Positions 19,750 to 29,890 of a stretch of 61,036 bases of DNA are shown piece after piece. The stretch lies in the IMG/VR virus record IMGVR_UViG_3300050343_000189, positions 1 through 61,036 of that record; one strand, 5' to 3'. The position numbers and the translations under genes are program-made. How positions within the stretch are numbered: the stretch's first letter is position 1; every line of letters begins with the position of its first letter. The notes under the pieces are model-generated. The model saw nothing but the letters and a program-made list of their open reading frames with translations. It had not been told where the DNA came from and ran no database searches. This DNA comes from a virus (Duplodnaviria; Caudoviricetes).

Positions 19750-20196
19750 GAATTATATCTCACAGAGGTAATGTTCGGGGACGAGTTCCTGGTAGAGAGA
19801 ATGCTCCCAGTTACATTGATTGTGCTCTTGGTAATGGTTATGATGTAGAGATTGATGTATGGGATATTGATGGTGAGTTTTGGTTGGGTCATGATGAACC
19901 ACAATATAAAGTAACTTGGAATTGGTTCTTTAAGAGGCAAGATAATCTCTGGTTGCACTGTAAGAATGTAGAGGCAGCAAAGACTTGTGAAATATTCCAA
20001 TCCTTTTGTCACACTGGTGATCCATATTCATACACATCAAATAAAAAAATTTGGTTACATGATATAGAACAAACTTTTGATGACAAAACTATCATTCCAC
20101 TTGCTTGATTGGGAGATGGTAGATAGTTTTAAAACACATATTAAAGATGAAGTGCCATACGGCATCTGTACAGATTATCCCTACATGTTATCATGA
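19746..20196 (+). CDS. Glycerophosphodiester phosphodiesterase/PLC-like protein
   Basis: IISHRGN, REN, DVEIDVW, LGHD, WLHCKN, GICTDYP. Confidence 0.8.
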
Positions 20197-20287
20197 CAAG
20201 AATTGCACTTTGTTATTCAGGAAGACCAAGAAGTTATCAAGAGTGCCATCAAAATCATAAAGAACACTTTCGTCTAGGTCAAAATGA

Positions 20288-21102
20288 TTAGGATCTGCTG
20301 GACAGATCGGTGCTTATCTATCTGAGTACTTAAAAGATAAAGGACATCATGTAAGCAATGTTGATATTGTAAATGGTGTTCAATATGATCTTGAGAGTAA
20401 CACCTAACACTGTAGTAGAGAATGCAATTCAGTATGCTGACTTTGTATTCTTTCTTGCCTTTGATGTGGGTGGTTCTACGTTACTTGAAAAAGTATCAAC
20501 ATACTTTGAGTTTGTTAATAACAATACTCGTATGATGGCAAATACTTTTCGTTTACTTGGAGAAGTATAAGAAGAGATTTGTCTTTGCATCATCTCAGAT
20601 GAGTAACATGTCTTACTCTCCCTATGGTGTGATGAAGCGTGTTGGTGAACTTCATACCACAGCACTGAAAGGACTGACTGTTAAGTTCTGGAATGTCTAT
20701 GGTATTGAAAAAGATATGGAGAAGGCTCATGTGATCACTGACTTCATCCGTAAGGGATTTGAAGAGGGTCAATTTGAGATGATGACTGATGGTACAGAAG
20801 AACGTCAGTTCTCTATGCTGAGGACTGCTGTGAAGCATTAGAGACGGTTATGGAAAACTATACTGACTTTAAACCAGAAGATCCACTTCACATTACATCA
20901 TTCCATTCTAATACTATTAGAGAAATTGCTAATATTATCAGGGTTGTTTTGGATTGATTGATAAACATGATGTAAAGATCAACTCTGGACTTGCTAAAGA
21001 TAGTGTTCAGATGGATAAAAGAAATGAGGCAGACTGGTGGGTTCCCAAGACTACTATTGATGAGGTATCAGAAAAGTATTCAATGAAATGAAGAAGGAGT
21101 AA
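20288..21102 (+). CDS. NAD-dependent epimerase (5' end missing, frameshifted)
   Basis: LGSAGQIG, FLAFDVGGS, FASSQM, YGVMK, FWNVYG, DGTEERQF. Confidence 0.8.
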
Positions 21103-21239
21103 TTATATTTTAAATTGGTGGGTTCCCAAGACTACTAATTGATGTCCAGGTATCTGGAGTGGATGAGTAGAAAAGTATTTGAACGAAATGAAGCAAGGAT
21201 TTCTGATAATGGGCTATCTGGAAAACTGGATGATGGGCA

Positions 21240-21438
21240 GAGAGTGCCCTGGACTGATCTGTGTCTGATGTCTCTCTGTACTGATGCTATCATCGCCAAC
21301 AGTTCATTTTCTTGGTGGGGTGCATGGTTAATTGATAATCCTGAGAAGAAAGTAATTGCACCTAAGAAGTGGTTTGGTCCACAATATGACCACTATCATA
21401 TGGATGATTTGATTCCCAAAACCTGGACTGTTCTGTAA
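21240..21438 (+). CDS. C-terminal fragment of a GT11 alpha-1,2-fucosyltransferase
   Basis: DLCLMSLC..AIIANSSFSWWGAWL...VIAPKKWF; N-terminal part absent. Confidence 0.75.
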
Positions 21439-22244
21439 TGGATCTTACCTTCCTGATTCCTACGAGAATTGAGACTGAAGACCGATTGAGAAACATCATC
21501 TCATCGGTCTCTTATCTTTTAAGACATGTATCTGCAAAAGTTATAGTTAAGGAAGTATCTGGTCGTAATACTTTTCTGCATAGGGCTTTGCCTGAGATTA
21601 GGAAGTACGCAGATACAGATAAATTAACGCATATATTTGAAGAGAATAATGATCCATTATTCTGTAAAAGTAAAGTATTAAATGATCTTATAGTTGCTTC
21701 TGATACAACTGTAGTTGCAAACTACGATGCTGACTGTATTCTTCCAAAAGAATCATATCGTCAAGCATATGAAATGATTTACAATCAAGAGGCAGACGTA
21801 GTTTATCCATATGGTTGTGGGATATATCAGTGGAGAGCCGACTATAATATGCAAATTTATGATGAGTTTGTGAATTCGTGGGATGGAACATCTGTCCTTG
21901 ATAAAAATAAAACTCTATCTAACTCTACTATTGGATGGACACAATTCATTAGACGAGAGAACTATATCAATTCTTATATGATGAATGAAAACTTTGTGTC
22001 CTGGGGATGTGAGGATGATGAGTTCTACTTTCGTATGAGCACATTGGGCAATCGTATTGCAAGACTTGATAATTATGTCTACCATCTTGAGCATGGTAGG
22101 ACACATAACTCCTGGTTCAGTAATCCAAACTTCAATAATAACTATCAACTCTGGAATACAATCAAAACATTTGACAGAGATCGGTTGGTGAAGTATTATG
22201 AGAACCAGGACTATCTGAAAACACGTAAAGCACAACTGAAATGA
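21438..22244 (+). CDS. GT2/GT7-like glycosyltransferase
   Basis: YDADC, WGCEDDE, YHLEH. Confidence 0.85.
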   Translation: MDLTFLIPTRIETEDRLRNIISSVSYLLRHVSAKVIVKEVSGRNTFLHRALPEIRKYADTDKLTHIFEENNDPLFCKSKVLNDLIVASDTTVVANYDADCILPKESYRQAYEMIYNQEADVVYPYGCGIYQWRADYNMQIYDEFVNSWDGTSVLDKNKTLSNSTIGWTQFIRRENYINSYMMNENFVSWGCEDDEFYFRMSTLGNRIARLDNYVYHLEHGRTHNSWFSNPNFNNNYQLWNTIKTFDRDRLVKYYENQDYLKTRKAQLK

Positions 22245-23041
22245 TAGGATTTAATGCACTAGGACGAATGGGTCGTCTTGGTAATCAGATGTTTCAGTAT
22301 GCAGCTCTTAAAGGGATTGCAAAAAATAATGGGGCAGACATTACCATCCCATATTATCAGGATGCTGTTGATGATGGCATTGGCAATATGCTTCGGACTG
22401 AATTGTTTGACTCTTTTGATCTGAATGTTAATATTGGTCTATTAAATAATGGACATGCACCAGTTGTCATGAGAGACATTTTCATTTTGATGAGGAATTG
22501 TTTCGTATGTGTCCTGATAATGTAGTATTCGTGGATATTTTCAGACAGAAAAATACTTTAAGCATATTGAAGATGAGATCCGTGATGACTTTACTTTCAA
22601 GGATGAGATTCTGAATCCTTGTAAGGAGATGATGGAAGATGTAGAAATCCTATTGCACTTCATGTTCGTCGCACTGATTATGTGACTAATAGTGCTAATC
22701 ATCCTCCATGTACTCTTGAATATTACAAGAAAGCACTGAAGCACTTTGATGATGATCGCAATGTGATTGTGTTTTCAGATGATCCTGCATGGTGTAATGA
22801 ACAGGAGTTATTCTCTGGAGATCGTTTCATGATCTCTGAGAACGAAGACAATAGAATAGACCTTTGCTTAATGACACTCTGTTCTGATTTTATTATTGCT
22901 AACTCTTCATTCTCTTGGTGGGGTGCATGGCTTGCTAACAGGGGTAAGGTCGTTGCTCCTCAACAGTGGTTTGGCACTGATGGTTATACTAAAGATCACA
23001 ATACAAAGGATGTAGTACCTGATGGATGGACACGAATTTAG
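22241..23041 (+). CDS. GT11 alpha-1,2-fucosyltransferase (frameshifted)
   Basis: GRLGNQMFQYA, GYFQTEKYF, HVRRTDY, VFSDD, ANSSFSWWGAWL. Confidence 0.9.
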
Positions 23042-23045
23042 TAAA

Positions 23046-23801
23046 ATGGACAAGAATAAGTCTGCACATAAACTAAAAGGACTTCCTGCAATTTATTGGT
23101 TAAACTTAGATGCTGATACTGATAGACGGTTCTATATGGAAGAGCAGTTTAAGTATTGGAATGTTAATAATCATACTCGTATTTCAGGATATGATGCAAG
23201 AGAAGATGATGCTTCTGAACATTTGAAGGGAAGAATACCTGATAATGTAAGTCAGACAGAACTTGGATGTTGTATGTCTCATCTGAAAGCAATCAAGCAT
23301 TTCTATGAAGAGACTGATGATGACTACTGTATGATTCTTGAAGATGATGTAGATTTTTCTACTGTCAAGTATTGGAATTTTACTTGGCAAGAATTTTCTG
23401 GTCTTCTTCCTTATGATTGGGATTGTATTCAAATGACTGCAATTACTACAGGTGACATTCATGTCAAACTACATCTTAAGTATATTAATGATTTTTCTGC
23501 TGCAGCTTATTTGATTTCTCGTCACCATGCTGCAAAAATAGTAAAGCATCATATCCGTGGTGATAAATCAAATTAGATAATGGTGTAAAACCTAGAGCAG
23601 TTTCTGAAGATACGATCTTAGAAACTGGTAAAACATATACTATTCCAATATTTCTCTATAATATTGCATTAGGATCAACCATTCATGCAGAGCATATTGG
23701 AGTCTTTCATAAGGGTCCACAATGAACTATGATCCTTACTTGGGTCGGATTACTGAAAACTCTGCTGCACAACAGCAAAGGACGGATAACCCACCCTCTT
23801 G
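23046..23801 (+). CDS. GT25 glycosyltransferase (frameshifted)
   Basis: YWLNLD...RR, ELGCCMSH, ILEDD, SAAAYLIS. Confidence 0.85.
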
Positions 23802-23833
23802 ACATACTACGAAGACTTCGAGTAGTATAAATA
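23799..23833 (+). promoter_or_regulatory. Composite sigma70-like and T4 late promoter
   Basis: TTGACA at 23799, palindromic spacer TACTACGAAG-A-CTTCGAGTAGTA, TATAAATA at 23826. Confidence 0.7.
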
Positions 23834-23947
23834 CTTAACCTTTTGTCTTTCAGTAATTAAAGTAACAAAGGGTATACTTAACACGGGACAGTCGAGTCCC
23901 TATCCATCTGCGGGTATCCATTCCGCAAGTAACTAAAGGTAAAACAA

Positions 23948-24312
23948 ATGTTTAAATCTGTATTCGCAGCCTCCGCTGCTCTGTTCGCTTCTGCTGGCGC
24001 TGCCCTTGCAGGTCCCTACGTTAACGTAGAAACCAATGCCGGTTGGGTTGGCGATGACTACACTGCTGCCACGACAGACCTTCACGTAGGTTTTGAAGGA
24101 GAAGCAGGTGCTGCTTCCTACTACGTCCAGGCTGGTCCTGCAATCGTCGCTGTTGACGGCGAAGAGACTGACACCCAGTTCTCTGGTAAAGCAGGATTGG
24201 ACGTCCCCGTCTCCGATGCCTTGGCGTATACGGTGAGCTCTCCTTCCTGACTGCTGAAGACGAAGATGACTTCGGTCTTGGTGGTAAGTTGGGCGTCAAG
24301 TACAACTTCTGA
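23948..24312 (+). CDS. Small outer-membrane beta-barrel protein with signal peptide (one frameshift)
   Basis: Signal MFKSVFAASAALFASAGAALA; alternating strands; C-terminus GGKLGVKYNF (beta-signal) in the shifted frame. Confidence 0.8.
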
Positions 24313-24349
24313 TTATTCATATAGACAAGTAAACATCTAGATGTTATAC

Positions 24350-24378
24350 TGGGGGTGCGACGGCATCCCCATTTTTTT
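24350..24378 (+). terminator. Intrinsic terminator
   Basis: TGGGGGTGC-GACG-GCATCCCCA plus T7. Confidence 0.8.
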
Positions 24379-24588
24379 GTGAAAAAATTACCTTATAAAC
24401 TTCATAACAAATCCAGGAACACTAACCTCCCTTCTGTACTTTGGAATGATAGCACTGATAGGGATGCACTGCATAACCATGCTCACTATGAAATGACTAT
24501 GGATGCAGATTCTTACGTGAGGCAAGTGGTGTAGAGCATCAGCAGAAAACAAAAAGACCTGCATCCGTTATGGTGGAGACATGGAGTA

Positions 24589-24617
24589 TTGACAAAACTT
24601 TATGTTTCCTATATAAT
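24589..24617 (+). promoter_or_regulatory. Consensus sigma70 promoter of the hli operon
   Basis: TTGACA-17 nt-TATAAT exact. Confidence 0.85.
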
Positions 24618-24644
24618 ATGTAAAGAAACATTACGGAGTGTATC

Positions 24645-24860
24645 GTGACTGTAACAACGAATGATCGTGGACGCACAAATCTGTTCGCCAGAGAACCCCA
24701 AATGTATATCTCACAAACTGATGCAGAACGTTACGGTTATGAGTCATATGCAGAAAAGGCAGAGAAATTGAATGGACGCACTGCTATGCTTGGATTTGTT
24801 GCTGCTGTTATCTCTTATACTAGTGGTAGTGTATTTTTCTTTGGTGTCTTCGGATTCTGA
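24645..24860 (+). CDS. hli: High-light inducible protein
   Basis: NLFAREP, AEKLNGRTAMLGF. Confidence 0.93.
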   Translation: MTVTTNDRGRTNLFAREPQMYISQTDAERYGYESYAEKAEKLNGRTAMLGFVAAVISYTSGSVFFFGVFGF

Positions 24861-24946
24861 TGACTGAGATTATTTTCACCGTGACGACAGTTGCTTTTTT
24901 CTGTCTACTCGGTTATACTGTGGAACAACTTTCAGAAACCTACTGA
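24860..24946 (+). CDS. 28 aa single-TM peptide
   Basis: MTEIIFTVTTVAFFCLLGYTVEQLSETY; TGATG-coupled on both sides. Confidence 0.6.
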   Translation: MTEIIFTVTTVAFFCLLGYTVEQLSETY

Positions 24947-25172
24947 TGGAACCCTCTTTACTTGAAATTCTGACTTATTATGTAATTGGAGGAGCTCTTT
25001 TATTGGTGCTCCAGGAGTATTCTTTTTCGTAGTCTTCATGTCAGCTCTTCAAAATACGAAGGGTCGTATGGTAGGTTACAAAGACCACAAACAGTATGGT
25101 GACATTTCATCTTATGAGAATGCACCAGTAGACCAAAGCAAATTCTATTTCGTATTGAGTGAAGGCGAATAG
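24946..25172 (+). CDS. Small membrane protein (one frameshift)
   Basis: MEPSLLEILTYYVIGGAL..GAPGVFFFVVFMSALQNTKGRMVGYKDHKQYGD. Confidence 0.55.
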
Positions 25173-25194
25173 ATAGAAAACATTTCTAATTATT

Positions 25195-25344
25195 ATGCCT
25201 GATCCCAATGCTCTCTATGATGACATGGAGAAACTCAATGCTTTATACGAAGAACTTTGCTGGGATCATGATGACGAACTGATGTTTAGTCATGATGGAA
25301 GCAAAATTATCATTTACAACAAAACACAGGAACTAGAACAATGA
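25195..25344 (+). CDS. Small acidic hypothetical protein, 49 aa
   Basis: MPDPNALYDDMEKLNALYEELCWDHDDEL...; ATGA-coupled to hli. Confidence 0.6.
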   Translation: MPDPNALYDDMEKLNALYEELCWDHDDELMFSHDGSKIIIYNKTQELEQ

Positions 25345-25448
25345 ACGAAAACGCAGAACGCATCAATGGTTGGGCAGCAATGATCGGAGTCATTGCCGCA
25401 ATGGGTAGTTATGCAACCACAGGACAAATCATTCCAGGTATCTGGTGA
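25341..25448 (+). CDS. hli: High-light inducible protein (short type, 35 aa)
   Basis: MNENAERINGWAAMIGVIAAMGSYATTGQIIPGIW. Confidence 0.95.
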   Translation: MNENAERINGWAAMIGVIAAMGSYATTGQIIPGIW

Positions 25449-25509
25449 TGGGATTTGTAGTAGCAGCACTGCTGTTTCTTATTCCAATTGGTGCAGCAGT
25501 TAGAAACTC

Positions 25510-25656
25510 ATGAGTATAGAATGGGCACAGACAACTATTTTTTTATTGGCACCCCTATTCTTTATGCTCCTCTTCATAGAAACTAATGAAGATGATGATG
25601 GACCACCAGACGGAGGGATGATGACACCAGTTTATGCACCGTCCCCTTCTGCTTGA
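25510..25656 (+). CDS. 48 aa single-TM peptide
   Basis: TM segment followed by EDDDGPPDGGMMTPVYAP. Confidence 0.6.
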   Translation: MSIEWAQTTIFLLAPLFFMLLFIETNEDDDGPPDGGMMTPVYAPSPSA

Positions 25657-25715
25657 CAAACTAAATATTTTGAGATATATTACAGGAGCACTAAAAATGC
25701 TCCTTTTTTAATGGT

Positions 25716-26111
25716 ATGATTTTAGAAACGATCCTAGGACTAACTGCTCTTGATTATGATCACTTGGCGAGAGTCATTCAGGTGGAGGCAGCTGTGAATA
25801 CTTTTGATGAGTATTGCGTTGCTGCATCAGTTCTTAATAGAGTTAGATCCCCCCTTTATCCAAATACAGTTGCAGACGTTGTGTATGCTCCTGGTCAGTA
25901 TCAAGGATTTGATTACAAGAGACCTGTTGCCAATATGAACTTGGTTAATGAACTTAAATCTGAAAAAGGAAAAGAGAACCTTCTAAAAGCATATAGTATT
26001 ATTGGAGACCGAACAAGTTTCAAAGGTCAGAGTATGCTCAGATATAGGGTTGCATCTGAAGACCCAATGTGTCATAATAGAGGAAACTTCTACCACTATC
26101 ACTGGCAATGA
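25716..26111 (+). CDS. Cell wall hydrolase, SleB/Hydrolase_2 family
   Basis: LARVIQVEA, VAASVLNRV, PNTVADVVYAPGQY. Confidence 0.85.
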   Translation: MILETILGLTALDYDHLARVIQVEAAVNTFDEYCVAASVLNRVRSPLYPNTVADVVYAPGQYQGFDYKRPVANMNLVNELKSEKGKENLLKAYSIIGDRTSFKGQSMLRYRVASEDPMCHNRGNFYHYHWQ

Positions 26112-26488
26112 TACTCAAAGCAATTAAAAAATTACTCAAACCTAAACTTACTGAAAAAGAAATTACTAGGATTGAGGCACCAGTTGCTGAGTGTGGTCCA
26201 GGACATTTACTCAAGGTTATGGTTTTATAGGAATTCCTGCACCTGTAGTTTGCCCTGATGATCCTTGGTTTGGTCCTTCTCCAATTAAAAGTGAAAAAGC
26301 AAATGACTCATGAAGAAATGCTTGAAGAAGCATCACGAAGAGAAGAAGAAAACCGAAAGAAGAATGTAAAGAACCTGACAACATCCATGAAGTGATGTAT
26401 GATATGGCAACCAAGTGTGGTAAAACTACAACTCAGTTAGACCCAGTTGGTGGATCAGAAAACTTCCAAGGAGGATCGGAGAACATTC

Positions 26489-26710
26489 ATGGTTGATGAT
26501 TGGAGATACAGTAAAGAGAAACTCAAACTCAGAGAACAAGCTCTTCTCATTTTGTTAAGTAGGTATGGCACCGAACTTGACAAAACAAGAAAATCAAAGT
26601 ATGCTAATCAATCTATATACGAGTGTGCCCATGACTGGGTATCTCAAGGTAATGTAAATTGTAATGGCATTACCAAATACTACGAGGCTTATTATGCAAA
26701 AAGTAATTAA
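26489..26710 (+). CDS. Hypothetical protein
   Basis: MVDDWRYS...IYECAHDWVSQG. Confidence 0.6.
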   Translation: MVDDWRYSKEKLKLREQALLILLSRYGTELDKTRKSKYANQSIYECAHDWVSQGNVNCNGITKYYEAYYAKSN

Positions 26711-26949
26711 TGTTTTAGCAGTCCTATCATTTGTAGGAACTGCAGGTATCGTCGGTGGCGGTACTGCACTATATCTCAATAAAGATTCTATTGTTGAGAA
26801 CATCAAATCTCAAGTTGCATCTGCAGCAGCAGAAGCAATTGCTGGTGCAACTTCCTGGAATGATGGATTCTGCAATGCCAGAACTTCCTGATGCTACTGG
26901 TGGTGCTCTACCACTTCCCACAACTACTGGACCTGCTCTACCTTTCTGA
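26693..26949 (+). CDS. Membrane-anchored hypothetical protein (frameshifted)
   Basis: N-terminal TM MQKVINVLAVLSFVGTAGIVGGG; Pro-rich C-terminus. Confidence 0.6.
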
Positions 26950-26950
26950 T

Positions 26951-27622
26951 ATGAAAAAAATTATTATGGCCTTGATGGCAGCATGTCTTGCTGCTCCTGT
27001 AATGGCAGATCCTCTTGGAAAGGATGATTATTATACTATCATTCTATGGGATGTATGCTTCTTCAAGAATGTACTGATGATGTACAAGAAGTGAATTCTC
27101 TGTTAGATGTTTCTTCAAAGTATGATAATACTGAAGCATTTACTTCAGTGGCAAAGAGTTTAATCATATGCTTGTTCACTGAACCAAGTTGGTGTTAAAG
27201 TGTATATCTTGCTGATGAGAAGTATTTTCCAGTAGGACATCGTGGTGTCTATCATACTGTAAGTAATAACTTCTTTCTAAACAAAACATTTATGGGTCGT
27301 CCTCATGTATTGATGAGTGTGATGCGTCATGAAGGATGGCACGCTGCACAGGATTGTATGGCAGGAACTATTGATAATAGTTTGATTGCTATTATCAAAC
27401 CAGAGGAGAAGTTCCTGATGATGTGGCAAGAGATGGTACGAACGGACATATGCATTGCAACCCGGAGCAATTCCGTGGGAGAAGAAGCAATGTGGGCAGG
27501 TAAGACTGAACACATGACTATGAATGCACTTGAATGCTTGTGCTGCTGGTCAGATGTGGAATGAATATTCTCCTACTCCATTGACTCGTAAATACCTGGT
27601 TGAAAACGGTTACATTAATAAA
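26951..27622 (+). CDS. Exported HExxH zinc-metallopeptidase-like protein (frameshifted)
   Basis: Signal MKKIIMALMAACLAAPVMA; RHEGWHAAQDC; downstream EAMWAG. Confidence 0.65.
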
Positions 27623-27723
27623 TAATAAGACCTAAGACAATCCAGGTACTCACCCAAGACAAATTTTTGATAATCCTTAGACTTGTAATGTAAAATTTGT
27701 TGTTGGAAAACAAGCAATTACAT

Positions 27724-27918
27724 ATGACACATTTAACAAGAGATGTGTTAATCAAAGCCATTGTTGCCGAAGAAATGAAAGATTTCAATGGTGAAGATTA
27801 CTTCAAGTCTCTCAAAGATGCGTATCACAAATGGGAACATCAATCAAGTGATGTTCTCTGTAATCAATACAACTCTATAAACAAAACAAAACTAACTGTT
27901 GACGCACTCAAACCATAA
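27724..27918 (+). CDS. Hypothetical protein
   Basis: MTHLTRDVLIKAIVA... ORF. Confidence 0.55.
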   Translation: MTHLTRDVLIKAIVAEEMKDFNGEDYFKSLKDAYHKWEHQSSDVLCNQYNSINKTKLTVDALKP

Positions 27919-27943
27919 ATAAAACTGCCTCGGCTTTCTATCC

Positions 27944-28391
27944 ATGCCCGAAGAAGTTAAGAAGGAAGATCCCAAGAAGAAAGGTATTCTTGGAAAAATG
28001 AAGGAGGCAGCAAGTGACAAAGAAGAACAACTTGATATTCTGTCTACTTTTGTTAGGCTTGGCATCCTTGTTTGGAGCGGCGGAATACTCACGCTGGCGT
28101 ACATCCAGTTACCACCCGTACTCGGTATTCCAGAGCAAAAACTAGATCCAACTTTTATCGCCAGTGTCTTTACTGGAGTGCTTAGCGACTTTTGGTGTTC
28201 AGGCAGCAAAGAAAGGTGGCAATGGAAATGGTAATGGATCTTCTACTGGTGGTGGTATCAGTAAAGCAGATATGGAAAGATTGATTGCTGCTGCAGCACA
28301 AACTGCACCTGCACAAACTATTCGTGTGGAGCAAGCACCAATCAAGTTCATCACTAATGATGATGAACCACCCGTAAAACCTACCGTATAA
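27944..28391 (+). CDS. Two-TM membrane protein (one frameshift), late promoter upstream
   Basis: TM segments FVRLGILVWSGGILTLAY and FIASVFTGVLATFGV; CATAAATA at 27915. Confidence 0.65.
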
Positions 28392-28395
28392 TCTT

Positions 28396-28962
28396 ATGAA
28401 CTTCTTTAAATGGACTGCATTAGGAGTTGGTGGTGTTGTTGCCGTAGCACACATTGGTGTTCTGGGTCACATCATTACAGCAACCAAAGTGCCAGAAGCA
28501 CCAGTTATTAATTTCCCGAGGGGAGATTATTCCTCATATAAGGTAGAGGCAGGTAAAGAAGGTTATAGTATAGAATACAAAGCAAACGATCCTGCTGTTC
28601 TTGAGTCACAAAAATCTCTATCATTAGATAAAGAATAAGAGAGGATTCTTTGGTGGTGGTAATGAAAGTCGCCGTGAGTGGCGCAAAGATCAATACACTA
28701 TGGATGGCACTAGAAATCTAGGAGGTGCACATTAGACGGCGAGGGAAAGTCTGCAAAAGACATAGAGTGTATCGTGGCGGACGCTGGAGCACGGTCACAA
28801 GGTGCGATGGCAGGAAGTAGTATTGCTGCTGGAGTTGGTGTTCCTGCTGTGATTGGCATTCCATATGTTGGATGGTTAGCAGCTGGTTGGGTATCACTTT
28901 TGGGTGGTAGACTGGGATCTGAAGCAGGATCTACTGTTGGTTCAGTCTTTAATGATTGCTAA
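28396..28962 (+). CDS. Membrane protein with C-terminal glycine zipper (frameshifted)
   Basis: N-terminal TM; GAMAGSSIAAG...GWLAAGWVSLLGGRLGSEAGSTVG. Confidence 0.65.
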
Positions 28963-29137
28963 TGTTGGTATACAATTATTTAATGATTGTTAATGAATTT
29001 AATTGAATTTGTTATTACATCCTTTGGATAATCCAAATGATCCTGTATGGTCAGTGATTTTTATGGTATTCCTTTCTGTGGCTATGGCAGTTTATGTCAT
29101 CATATACATATTAGGAATAGATGAGAGAGAAGAACAT

Positions 29138-29594
29138 GGGAGCCATGACACCACCAAGCAGGAAGAGTTGTTACAACTTCCGAGTGACGGAGATCAATCG
29201 TGTTCTTGATGGTGATACTATTGATGTCACCATTGATCTTGGGTTTGATCTATACAAGAAAGAAAGAGTTAGAGTTGCAGGAGTTGATACGCCAGAGAAG
29301 AGGACCAGAAACTTAGAGGAGAAGGCACTTGGAATCGAAGCAACCAACTGGCTCAAAGAAAAACTCGAAGGTACGTTGGCTGGTGATGATGAGTTGTCTG
29401 TTAGGACTGAACTTGTTGGTGGCACTGGGAAATATGGGCGTCTTCTGGGTTGGCTTTACATTGGGGACGACAGTGTGTCCCTTAACGAGCAAATGATCGA
29501 GGAGGGTTATGCTCATGCATATGACGGAGGAACAAAAAACATGGACCTTGAAGCACTCAGAGAAATCAGAAGGGCACACGGTACGTTGGTGTAG
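29138..29594 (+). CDS. Thermonuclease (SNase) family nuclease
   Basis: VLDGDTIDV, RVRVAGVDTPE, GKYGRLLG, LNEQMIEEGYA. Confidence 0.9.
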
Positions 29595-29890
29595 AAGTGC
29601 TGTCTGTGGATCTGCCCCCTTTATCCCAGACTCTGAATTTGGAGGGGAAAACTGCGAATTAACTTGTAACATTACAAAGGATTAAAATGAGAAGAGAAAT
29701 GATTGATGCACTCAAAGCAAGTGCTATTGGAAATATTAAAAGAGCCAAGATGAATTGAGGTTTACTTTAGAAGTCCTGTTGGTATTGGTGAGCACCCAGA
29801 TATTATGAGTGCCATTCAAGATCAAATTGATATGATCGCAAAGGAACAAGAACGTCTTGACGTTTTAGAAAAATACTTTGATGAAGACTG

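Noticed and set aside
20193-20290. ORF start MTRIALCYSGRPRSY joined to an epimerase
   Set aside because: Both genes are truncated at the junction; probable drop-out rather than a real chimera.
21030-21240. Direct repeat TGGTGGGTTCCCAAGACTACTA at ~21035 and ~21117
   Set aside because: Two copies with garbled flanks and a missing GT11 5' end; looks like mis-polished sequence, not an att site or CRISPR repeat.
24618-24636. Possible RpaB/HLR1 site at the hli promoter
   Set aside because: Only one half-site (TTTACATA on the minus strand) matches well; too weak to call.
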